Assembly: GCA_938045545.1 (NCBI GenBank)
Contig: CALIBN010000017.1
Coordinates: 64,519-128,518, forward strand
Direction of reading: 5' to 3'
DNA length: 64,000 nt
From: an uncultured archaeon
GTDB lineage: Archaea > Thermoproteota > EX4484-205 > JAAOZP01
Under the pieces are notes generated by a model. The model worked only from the letters and a program-made list of their open reading frames with translations, searched no databases and was not told the origin of the DNA. Both the position numbers and the translations under genes were made by a program. Shown one piece after another: positions 1 through 8,858 of this stretch; positions within the stretch are counted from its first letter, which is position 1; every line of letters begins with the position of its first letter.

Positions 1-1
1 A

Positions 2-100
2 TCCGTAGGCCAGAGGATAGAGCTCCTGATATACAGGGGTTACAGCAGGTATGTTGCTTCACCTGTTCTCGAGGAGGCCAGGTTTCAAACTCTCGGCTAA
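2..100 (+). CDS. 3' end of a gene running into the window, possibly a PDZ-domain C-terminus
   Basis: Frame 2 reads SVGQRIELLIYRGYSRYVASPVLEEARFQTLG*, which resembles the final strands of a PDZ domain (HtrA-like). Partial, so the call is tentative. Confidence 0.35.
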   Translation, partial: SVGQRIELLIYRGYSRYVASPVLEEARFQTLG

Positions 101-118
101 GCCTCTTCTAGAGTGACT

Positions 119-607
119 CTACTTGACGGCGAGCTCCTGCATAAGGGTCTGAACAGCCTTCTTGCTTAGCTCCCTAGCAGCCTGGTCGAGAGTAACGTAT
201 TTCAAAGCCTCCTTCGGACAGTATTCGACGCACCTCGGGTAGCCGTGTTTCTCACAGTAATCGCATACAATGATCTTCCTCTTGTCGAGATGGAGCCTTA
301 TGACTCCGAAGGGGCATGTTTCAACACACCAGCCGCACCCGTTACACTTATTCTCTTCTACAACTATGATTCCACTGGGCTTCTGCGTTAAAGCGTCCCT
401 CGGACATGCTTTGACGCAGGGAGGGTCCTCACACTTCCTGCAAGCTACAGCCAGGTTTAGGAAGGGCTCTATCCTTACAACCCTTATCCTGGACTTCTTA
501 ATGTTTAGAACGCCCTCGCTTACGAAAGAGCATATGTATTCGCATATCCTGCACCCGTTGCACTTGTCAGGGTCGCAGACAATTATCTTCCTAAGCCTCG
601 ACTCCAA
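119..607 (-). CDS. 4Fe-4S dicluster ferredoxin-like subunit (AOR-associated)
   Basis: Four Cys clusters (CNGCRICEYIC, CRKCEDPPCVKACP, CNGCGWCVETCP, CDYC...CVEYCP); overlaps the 3' end of the AOR gene. Confidence 0.9.
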   Translation of the reverse strand: MESRLRKIIVCDPDKCNGCRICEYICSFVSEGVLNIKKSRIRVVRIEPFLNLAVACRKCEDPPCVKACPRDALTQKPSGIIVVEENKCNGCGWCVETCPFGVIRLHLDKRKIIVCDYCEKHGYPRCVEYCPKEALKYVTLDQAARELSKKAVQTLMQELAVK

Positions 608-2441
608 CCTCTTCCGCCTCCTTGGATAAGCCGAGCTCTAAAAGCTTGCGTTTCAAAGGCACTCCGTTCCTGCTCCAGCCCCTGCACTCGTAGTAGCCGT
701 CTAAAGCCTCCTCGTACTCCTCCCTCCTTATAACCGCCCCCTTGACGATGTCGTCGGGCAACGGGTCTTCGAAAGCCCTTGGAGGCGGGTAGTCGTCCTT
801 CCTTGTCACGCCGCACTTAACGTTGAAGCATCTCGCGACATTATGTATTCTCTCCCCTGCCTTCAGGATCTGCTCGCCAGTCATGCTTAAGCCTGTTACG
901 AGCGTGTAGAGCTTCGCAAGCTCGCCCATGGACTTGAAGACTCCTCTGGTGAACTTGCATATTATCAGGGAGTCTATCACCGCATACTGGTTTTCACCAT
1001 CGTAAACTATCTTCCCCCTGCTCTTATCAAGCCTAAGCCTGTCAACCTGGCCTTTGACATCAACCTGGTATGAGCCCGACCTAAGGTAGTCCGCACCCCT
1101 GTTTGAGACCGCGAAGCCCAGGGTTGATGTTTGGAGCGACCTTAACTCGTATGCAGCCCACTCAAGCCCTTTACAATGCACAGCGAACCTTTCAGAGCCC
1201 TTCCCAACTATTTGAGACGCCCTCCTGACTCCCTCGCTGAGCAGCATTCCAAGCCTACCCTCTTTAAGACACATTCTCCTAAGGGCTTCGAGCAGGGCCT
1301 CGTCATTGCCGAACCTGAGCTCAACGCCGTCAGTATCATCCTTCGTCAGAATGCCTCTTTCGAAACACTCCATAGCCCATCCAACCACGTTACCCGCGGA
1401 AATCGTGTCTACGCCAAGCGTGTCGCAAATCTCAACTGCCTTTGTTATAGTGTCTAGGCTACGTATGCCACAGTTGGGGCCAAGCAGCTCCAGACTCTCG
1501 TAGTCGACGCTTGAAACCGTGCCGGCATAAGCCTCCCTAGCTTGGTTAACATGGTCACAAGCTATGGGGCATCCTGCGCATGCAACTATCTTCTTAACGT
1601 GTGTTTTAAGCATCATCTCCCCGGAAACTTCCTCAGCATACTCAAACGTGCCCCTTTGGAAATTGTATGACGGCAAGCATCCCAGCTTGTCGTGCACGAG
1701 AATGTTCGCAGGAGTCCCATAAACCCTGTACTTCTCTGTTGCAGGCCCTTGGCAGCGCTCGTTCAACTCAGCTATGAACTTTACGAGACCCTCTATATCG
1801 AATACTTCAACATCCTTTGTCCCTCGGGCTGCAACCGCCTTAAGGTTTTTAGAACCCATTACCGCGCCTAGGCCGCATCTGCCGACCTGCCTGTTCCTCT
1901 CGTTAGTAATGTTCGCCAGCCTAACCATTCTTTCGCCAGCCGGGCCTATTGAGGCTACTGTGAAAGACTCGTCTCCAAGCTCCTCCTTGATCATCTCCTC
2001 AGTCTCCCAAGTTGTCCTGCCCCAGATGCTGGAAGCGCTTCTAAGCTCAATATTCTCATCGTCAATAGTAAGGTAGACGGGTTTCTCAGACCTGCCTGTG
2101 AAAACAACACCATCCCAGCCTGCGCTCTTAAACTCTGACGCGAATAGGCCTGACGAGATTCCGAAGCCGAAAATACCCGTCAAGGGGGATTTCGCGAAAA
2201 CAGCATACTTGTTGCCTGCTGAAGAGATCGTCCCTGCCAACGGGCCGGTCCACCAGATTAAAACGTTCTCGGGTGAAAACGGGTCCACCTCCGCTGGCTT
2301 AGGCATCATGTCGTAAAGCATCCTCGCCCCAAACCCGTAGCCACCTATGTAGTTTAGGGCGAAAGACTCGTCAACCCTGCCCATGGAGGTCTTACCCCTT
2401 GTCAGGTCTATAATCAAGTATTTCCCAGCGTAGCCTTTCAA
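591..2441 (-). CDS. aor: Tungsten-dependent aldehyde:ferredoxin oxidoreductase family protein
   Basis: MKGYAGKYLIIDLT N-terminus, KSPLTG, GRCGLGAVMGSKNLKA, CAGCPIAC, D-T-L-G-V-D-T-I-S, LIICKF and YYECRGW motifs; 616 aa. Confidence 0.93.
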   Translation of the reverse strand: MKGYAGKYLIIDLTRGKTSMGRVDESFALNYIGGYGFGARMLYDMMPKPAEVDPFSPENVLIWWTGPLAGTISSAGNKYAVFAKSPLTGIFGFGISSGLFASEFKSAGWDGVVFTGRSEKPVYLTIDDENIELRSASSIWGRTTWETEEMIKEELGDESFTVASIGPAGERMVRLANITNERNRQVGRCGLGAVMGSKNLKAVAARGTKDVEVFDIEGLVKFIAELNERCQGPATEKYRVYGTPANILVHDKLGCLPSYNFQRGTFEYAEEVSGEMMLKTHVKKIVACAGCPIACDHVNQAREAYAGTVSSVDYESLELLGPNCGIRSLDTITKAVEICDTLGVDTISAGNVVGWAMECFERGILTKDDTDGVELRFGNDEALLEALRRMCLKEGRLGMLLSEGVRRASQIVGKGSERFAVHCKGLEWAAYELRSLQTSTLGFAVSNRGADYLRSGSYQVDVKGQVDRLRLDKSRGKIVYDGENQYAVIDSLIICKFTRGVFKSMGELAKLYTLVTGLSMTGEQILKAGERIHNVARCFNVKCGVTRKDDYPPPRAFEDPLPDDIVKGAVIRREEYEEALDGYYECRGWSRNGVPLKRKLLELGLSKEAEEVGVEA

Positions 2442-2443
2442 CC

Positions 2444-2749
2444 CTATCCTCCTCCAGCTACCGAGGGTGCTAGAACAATCCTGTCTCCAGGCTTAATAAA
2501 TTGCTCGCCCATCCTAGTTAGGTCAATAACCCTTCCGTTAACTATTATCAGGGAAGACTCCTCCATTGGCTTGCCATCAGGCCCTATGAATTCCGAGCGT
2601 AGATCAACCCCAATAGCCCTGCCCAGCTCCGTGACGATTTTGAGTAGACTTGTCCCTGGCTCGATACTGATCCTCATGCTTTTCCTTTTGAAGAGCTCGC
2701 GGAACCTCCCCACGAGCTCCAGCTCAACCTCGTTCAAAGCACTAGCCAA
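2444..2749 (-). CDS. MoaD/ThiS/SAMP ubiquitin-like sulfur carrier
   Basis: Beta-grasp pattern (IIVNGR...IKPGDRIVLAPSVAGGG) ending in Gly-Gly; first gene of the AOR operon. Confidence 0.88.
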   Translation of the reverse strand: MASALNEVELELVGRFRELFKRKSMRISIEPGTSLLKIVTELGRAIGVDLRSEFIGPDGKPMEESSLIIVNGRVIDLTRMGEQFIKPGDRIVLAPSVAGGG

Positions 2750-2786
2750 ATATTCATGGAGAGCACGATATAAGACTTTCCGAGTG

Positions 2787-2807
2787 GGTTTAACTAGTCG
2801 TTAAACC
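2787..2807. promoter_or_regulatory. Palindromic putative operator GGTTTAAC-N5-GTTAAACC in the divergent promoter region
   Basis: Perfect 8-bp inverted repeat with a 5-bp spacer between the back-to-back AOR and polyferredoxin/hdrA units. Confidence 0.45.
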
Positions 2808-2853
2808 GCTTCAAAAAGTTTTTCTACAGCGCTGGGAAGTCTTCCCCGGTTAA

Positions 2854-3675
2854 TTGACGGTAAGGCTGTCCGAGGATGCTTCTCTGCTAACCGTTGAGAG
2901 GCGTTTCTACACTGATTACGTTCGTCTAACCTTGGAAAGGGGCAAGTGTATTTTCTGCGACGTGTGCATCAGGGTATGCCCTAAAAATGCGATCAGGCTT
3001 GCGAAAAACGAGGATGGCTCGCTAACGCTTAAAATAGGGGAGGAATGTAGCCTATGCGGCGCGTGTGAACCATTCTGCCCAACTAGTGCGATAACCATGA
3101 CGGTTAACGGTAAGCGTTTTAACCCACTGGTTTCCTCAGGAGGCTTCCCCCTCTCTTTGCCTAAGATCAGGGTTGACCAAGCGAAATGCAGGAGCGATTG
3201 CTTCGAATGCTCTAGAGCCTGTCCAACCGGCGCGCTGAAGATAGACTCTGCGCACAACGTTAGGGTTGACGAGGAGAAGTGTTTAAGATGCCCATGGTGC
3301 GAAGATGCCTGCCCTGAGAAAGCGGTAAAGGTAAACTCCTTGTTCGAGGGAACAGCATTTATAGATGAGTCTAAATGTGAGGAGAAGTGCGACGCCTGCG
3401 TGGAAGCCTGTCCGACGAAAGCCATCTCTAAAACCGGCGGGAGAATAAGCATCAACCCCAGGTACTGTATACTGTGCAACGTCTGTGTCCATCTAGATGT
3501 CTGCAGGAATCACGCGATAACCGTGGTCAGGCGGAGGGTTCTTCACGGCGAGGGTTTCTCAGCAGTCTGGGCTAACGCTATTGAGAACCTTCTGGGCGGG
3601 AAACCCTTGGCGAGAGAGCTGGATGCTGAAGGCTACCGGAGGATAAGGAGGCTTATCGAGGAGGCTAGGCTCTGA
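2854..3675 (+). CDS. Polyferredoxin (FwdF/MvhB-like multi-4Fe-4S protein)
   Basis: About six CxxCxxCxxxC(P) motifs in 273 aa; stop codon overlaps the hdrA start (TGATG). Confidence 0.88.
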   Translation: MTVRLSEDASLLTVERRFYTDYVRLTLERGKCIFCDVCIRVCPKNAIRLAKNEDGSLTLKIGEECSLCGACEPFCPTSAITMTVNGKRFNPLVSSGGFPLSLPKIRVDQAKCRSDCFECSRACPTGALKIDSAHNVRVDEEKCLRCPWCEDACPEKAVKVNSLFEGTAFIDESKCEEKCDACVEACPTKAISKTGGRISINPRYCILCNVCVHLDVCRNHAITVVRRRVLHGEGFSAVWANAIENLLGGKPLARELDAEGYRRIRRLIEEARL

Positions 3676-6107
3676 TGAGCGGAGAGCCGAGGATAGGTGT
3701 CTTCGTATGCCACTGCGGCAAGAACATCGCGAGCACAGTCGACGTCGTCAAGGTTGCCGAGTACGCTAAGACTCTTCCCAACGTCGTCTACTCTTCTCAC
3801 AACCTTTACACCTGCTCGGACGCCGGCCAGGCTGAGATAAAGAGGATAATTAAGGAATACGGGCTTAACAGGGTTGTCGTCGCAGCCTGCAGCCCGAAGA
3901 TGCATGAGCCAACGTTCAGAGCATGCGTCTCGGAAGCAGGTTTAAACCCGTATCTTTTCGAGATGGCTAACATAAGGGAGCACTGCTCCTGGGTCCACAT
4001 GAGTGACCCTGAGGGCGCCACTAGGAAGGCCATCGACCTTGTTAAGATGGCTGTCGCCAAGGCCCGGCTCCTGGAGCCGCTTGAGCCGATAATCGTCCCG
4101 GTGGAGAAAACACTGCTAGTGGTAGGCGGCGGGCTGGCGGGCATGAGGGCTGCGCTTGACGTTGCGGACGCGGGTTTCAGTGTAATACTTGTTGAGAAAC
4201 AAGCTATGCTAGGCGGTAAAGTAAGGCTTCTCGGCAAAACTTTCCCCATGGTGGACTGCACAGCCTGCCTTGTTAACGAGATGATCAACAGGGTTCTTAC
4301 ACACCCCTACATAAGAGTGCTGACACAATCTGAGGTCGTCGCGGTGGAGGGCTACGTTGGCAACTTCATTGCAACATTAAGGAGGAAACCGTCGAAGGTT
4401 TCGGAGGAATGCGTGGGCTGCGGCAAATGCGTTGAGAATTGTCCAGTCCAGGTTGAAGAGGAGTTTTCTTACGGGCTTTCAAAAAGGAGGGCGATATACT
4501 TGGTTGAGAAGACTCAGGGCACTGTTGCCTGCGATCAGGGCCTTGAGAAAACCCTTCATGTTCACGGGCTTGTCGGAAAACCCTTGGCGGCAGTAATAGA
4601 CGAGAAGAATTGCACGGGCTGCGGCAAATGCGTGGAAGCATGCCCAGTTAAAGCAATAGACCTTAAAGCACCGGGCGTGGAGGAAGTCTTAAAGGTTGGA
4701 GCGATAATTCTCGCAACAGGCTTCGACCTTTTCAATCCCTTAAGGAAGCCAGAGTACGGCTATGGCCGGCTTAGAAATGTTCTGACAAGCATGGAGCTGG
4801 AGAGAATGCTCACACCCGACGGCCCCACGCGGGGAAGACTAGTCAGGCCCTCAGACGGGAAACCCGCTGGAAAAACGGCCTTCATACAATGCGTAGGATG
4901 CAGGGACGAGCAGACAAACATCTACTGCTCAAGAATATGCTGCATGATAACCCTGAAGCAAGCGCTCCTCGTTAAGAAGAACAACCCTAGCATGGAGGTA
5001 ACAGTCTACTACATTGACATCAGAGCGGGTGGAAAAGAGTATGAAACAATATTCAGAATGGCGAGAGAAAAAGGGGTAAGATTCATCAGGGGAAGACCCA
5101 GCGGAGTTGAGGAAGAGAACGGAATGCTGAAGATACGGGTTGAAGACACTCTAAGCGGAGAAATAATAGAGGAGCTATACGACCTCGTGGTCCTAGCAAT
5201 AGGCATGCAGCCCTCGGAAGGCACAGACAGGCTTGGCGAAATACTCAGAGTACCAAGAGACCAATACGGGTTCTTCATGGAGGCGCACATCAAGCTCAAA
5301 CCCGTTGAAACAGTTGTAAACGGGATATTCCTAGCGGGCTCGTGCGCAGGCCCAACGGACATTCCGATGACGATAGCTAGGGGGCATGCAGCGGCCTCGA
5401 AAATACTCATGCTCTTCTCGAAAGACTTCATGGAGCTCGAGCCAATAACAAGCTACGTTGACCCGCTGAAATGCAAAGGCTGCCTAGTATGCACAAAAAT
5501 GTGCCCCTTCCAAGCCCTGAAACCCGTCGAAATGGAAGGCAGGAAAATCATCCAGATTACGCAATCAATGTGTGCAGGATGTGGAACGTGCACAGCAGGC
5601 TGCCCCTTCAGCGCACTCAACCAGCACCATTTCACAGATGAGCAAATATTTGCGCAAATCGATGCAGCCTTGGAAGAACAACCGAGAGAAAAAATTATAA
5701 GTTTCTGCTGTAATTGGTGTAGTTATGCCGGATCGGACTTCGCTGGAGTTTCTAGGCTTGAATATCCTTCAAGCGTGAGGATAATCAGAGTCATGTGCTC
5801 AGGTAGAGTGAGTGAGAAGATGATCCTGAGGGCCTTCGAGAAGGGAGCGGGCATGGTTCTAGTTGCACCATGTCACCCTGCAGATTGTCACTACATCAGC
5901 GGGAACGAGTGGGCTAAGAGGAGGGTTGAGGCTTTGAAGAAGCTTGGCAAGATGGGTGTTAATCCTGATCGCTTATGGTTCGTCTACGTTTCTGCTGCTG
6001 AAGGGAACGTTTATCAAAATACAATTATTAAAATGCATGAATATTTGCAGAAGCTTAAGAACGGGGAGGTAAGCTGGGGTGCTGAGGAGGCTAAGGCAGT
6101 AGCCTAG
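3675..6107 (+). CDS. hdrA: Heterodisulfide reductase subunit A fused to an MvhD [2Fe-2S] domain
   Basis: RIGVFVCHCG, VAACSP, NIREHCSWVH, GGGLAG FAD motif, FIQCVGCRD...YCSRICC and EAHIKLKP; C-terminal MvhD motifs FCCNWCSYAG, RVMCSGRV and CHPADCHY. Confidence 0.94.
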   Translation: MSGEPRIGVFVCHCGKNIASTVDVVKVAEYAKTLPNVVYSSHNLYTCSDAGQAEIKRIIKEYGLNRVVVAACSPKMHEPTFRACVSEAGLNPYLFEMANIREHCSWVHMSDPEGATRKAIDLVKMAVAKARLLEPLEPIIVPVEKTLLVVGGGLAGMRAALDVADAGFSVILVEKQAMLGGKVRLLGKTFPMVDCTACLVNEMINRVLTHPYIRVLTQSEVVAVEGYVGNFIATLRRKPSKVSEECVGCGKCVENCPVQVEEEFSYGLSKRRAIYLVEKTQGTVACDQGLEKTLHVHGLVGKPLAAVIDEKNCTGCGKCVEACPVKAIDLKAPGVEEVLKVGAIILATGFDLFNPLRKPEYGYGRLRNVLTSMELERMLTPDGPTRGRLVRPSDGKPAGKTAFIQCVGCRDEQTNIYCSRICCMITLKQALLVKKNNPSMEVTVYYIDIRAGGKEYETIFRMAREKGVRFIRGRPSGVEEENGMLKIRVEDTLSGEIIEELYDLVVLAIGMQPSEGTDRLGEILRVPRDQYGFFMEAHIKLKPVETVVNGIFLAGSCAGPTDIPMTIARGHAAASKILMLFSKDFMELEPITSYVDPLKCKGCLVCTKMCPFQALKPVEMEGRKIIQITQSMCAGCGTCTAGCPFSALNQHHFTDEQIFAQIDAALEEQPREKIISFCCNWCSYAGSDFAGVSRLEYPSSVRIIRVMCSGRVSEKMILRAFEKGAGMVLVAPCHPADCHYISGNEWAKRRVEALKKLGKMGVNPDRLWFVYVSAAEGNVYQNTIIKMHEYLQKLKNGEVSWGAEEAKAVA

Positions 6108-6246
6108 CCAGAGTTTTAAGACCTAACGGACATGATTTACGCTAAAAACATGAAATGAAATTTAAACCTCAGAATTAGCTTACTAGCTTTGATTTTTCCA
6201 ACAGTTCCTTATGAAACTCTTTATATCCTTAATTATTTGATCACCT

Positions 6247-6939
6247 TCATTTTTTAACTTCCCTGTTTCTTCTTACCTTAGCTAAGAACTCTCTTTTGAA
6301 CTCTTTGTATTCTTCATTTTCATGCGACCTCTTATGCTCATCATATAATTTAAAGGCCGTGTAAACCGCTTCAACTCTTTTCAATACCTCATTAATCATC
6401 TGTTCTTCTGTCATACCCTTTGAGTCAAAGGACGACATGAAAAAGGAATCGTATCCAGGGTTTATATGGTATATCACTTCCACGGAAAACTTCTTGCCGA
6501 TTTCTTAGCTATTTTGTCAGCCCATAATAGTCTTGTGAAAACACGTCCGTGGGGCTTCCTAATGTGCTTCTCGATATTCCTCCTATTTATAAAATCGTCC
6601 AGTATCTCTTTCTCTTTTCTATCTATCTTAGCGAAGACCTCCTCTTTCTTCGTCTTGAACTCGCGTTGATGAAGCCTAACCAAAACCTCGCCGACTTCAT
6701 CCCCAGGAGCATCAAAGCATAGAGATTCTACTTGCACTCTTCCATCCTCATATTCATAGATGTATCTGCAACTAATGAATGCTCCAGTCCCTATTTCCCA
6801 CCTTCCCCGCGCCATTTTTTTTATTTTCGTCATAACACATTACATCTCTTGTTTCTATTTTAAATTGCTCAGTGTTTAGTTCATTCCTGAACCGCTCATT
6901 AAGATAGTTTTTCAACTTTTCTAGTAAGGCTTGACTCAC
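6247..6939 (-). pseudogene. Putative immunity gene of toxin locus A (two compensating frameshifts, about 230 aa)
   Basis: GTG at 6939 lies 3 nt after the reconstructed toxin stop, with GGAGGAG upstream. It reads MSQALLEKLKNYLNERF...DENKK, shifts in the A8 run (6815-6822) into ORF 6474-6833, then shifts near 6502 into ORF 6247-6483. The total span is a multiple of 3. Confidence 0.6.
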
Positions 6940-6942
6940 TTC

Positions 6943-8460
6943 TTAATCTCCTCCTATAATCATAGCAACCAACTCGTCTACACTCTTTTCCATTATGTCA
7001 GACCTCTTAAATATTACTATGAATGGATTCTTGTAATTACCACGAACTCTGGGTAAACATCATCTAAGAGTAAGTGCACAGGGTCATAGGCAAGTGAAGC
7101 TGCAATTCCGGCGTAAGCATTCAGGTTTTCTCCAATATGATTCTTAAGATCAGCTATTGCCCTTTCCATTTGTTCCCTAAACTGGCCCACATTATCTGCT
7201 AGCGTTGTACTCCCAACCTCCACAATTACGATTTTAGTTTCTTTAGGAATAGTTTTCCCTTCTATAACTATCTCCTTATTTGTAATCACATAGATATCAG
7301 GAAATCCAGGTCTTCCATATCCTTCTCCGCTAGGCTCCAATCTCAAACTATCTGGGGAGATTTTATATGCTTCAGCAAACTTAGCAAGAATACTGTCCTT
7401 ATACTTCTCTCTAAGCGTAATTTCGCCAACCACCCCTATTTGCCATTTATGTGCTTCTGGGTCCTCTATTATGTTGCAGAGCATCATCTTTACCTTTATC
7501 TTCGAAGACTCTTCTAAAGAAACTATGTGTACTGTTTTTAATGTTTTGGCTTCCTGGGATACATGGACTGCTAGCCTTTTGTTTCCGCAATACTTAACGC
7601 CGTTGTCGTAATCAGCGATTATTACAAGCCTGTCTTCAGCGTCTACGCCCTCCCTCATTCTGCTTACCAATTCTTGGTAGGCATCATACCCGAGTTTTCT
7701 GAATAGCTTCTCCTTTAAATTAAGTTGCGTCTGATCTTTAATCTCCTCGTTAAGCTCTACTACCAGCTTGCCGCCATACAGTTGAAGAGGTTCCAGCTTA
7801 ATGCTGTATTCTCCTACACTTGGTTTTGCTTCTCGAACGTATATGAACCTTATTACTCCGTCTTTATCAAGCTCGATGTCAGTTACAGGATAACCTGTTT
7901 CTGAACTAGAGCTCCAGACTTTTATGACTTTATTCTCGTAGAGTACTAGTTTAAGTGTTTCGCCATCGATGTTCTTAGCCCTTATCTCCACCCTAGCACA
8001 AACTTTTCCATCCGCGCACCATTTCTTCTCAACTTTGGATTCAATTTCTTTCCCATCTATGCTTATTTTCATGTTTGCATAGTCAAAAATCATCCTCTTA
8101 CCTGCGACTGAGAATTCGTTTGGAAAAAGGTTTCAAAATCATACTCGTAAATCTCTAGACTGGCTATCTCTTTTTCAGCTACGCTGTCTACGCCTTCCAA
8201 GTATTTATGGGGTACATTGAGCCACAAAGATTCTTCCTCTACGCTGAATGCAAATTCTACTTCCTTTCCTCCCTCCAGCCTGAGCCTTGCTATATAGATT
8301 CCCTTACTTATCCTATCCTTAAGATTATTACACCGTTTTTAGTTACGCTCCTTGAAATCAGTTCAGGTCTGAGATGCTTAAGACTATTTATCGCATTAAA
8401 GATTCCTTCCAATTCTTCGGGATTCCTTAGGACCTTATCGAGAAGAGGGCCGTCTAACTG
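6943..8460 (-). pseudogene. 5'-truncated, frameshifted large protein with a C-terminal PD-(D/E)xK-like nuclease domain (toxin locus A)
   Basis: ORF 7017-8093 extends upstream (LLDKVLRNPEELEGIF..., RISKGIYIARL...) and downstream (GNYKNPFIVIF...GGD*) through frameshifts near 8310, 8126 and 7041. Motifs GVVGE...PDIYV...IVEVGST; colinear similarity to 60600-62433. Confidence 0.65.
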
Positions 8461-8790
8461 GGGGAGGAAGTAATGTTCAATGGGCCAGGTAAAAAGCTGG
8501 AGGAAATTGAGAATGCCGTGAGCTTCAGGGTCTACCCGCTAAACGTTGATCCGTTGAGGAGCTTGAGATGGTGAAGGAGGTTGCTGAGCGGCACAGCATC
8601 AAAGCTAGAATGGGCTTCAGGGTAGCTTGGGTGTAAATGCAGGAACTCACAAGTATCTGACGCTCGGGCTTGAGGGAAGTAAGTTCAGGTTTGGCTACAA
8701 GCCCTATAGAGCAGCTTAGTCAAAGGCGGGAGAGCGGAGAGTTATTGCCTAGAGGGATTCGGATGTACGTGGGTCATAGATTTTTCAGGG
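8461..8790 (+). pseudogene. Internal fragment of diaminopimelate decarboxylase (lysA-like), frameshifted
   Basis: Pieces in different frames: GEEVMFNGPGKKLEEIENAV, LNVD/VEELEMVKEVAERH, ARMGFRV, AGTHKYLTLGLEGSKF, RGIRMYVG. These match the PLP barrel of LysA. Confidence 0.7.
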
Positions 8791-8858
8791 CGTCGGATTT
8801 TCCAAAAGGGATTCCTAATCCTTATTAGCTACGTGAAAATGTTTAAATCGTTTTCGGC

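Noticed and set aside
3675-6107. Selenocysteine in HdrA/MvhD
   Set aside because: The ORF is continuous, with Cys at the relevant motifs and no in-frame TGA.
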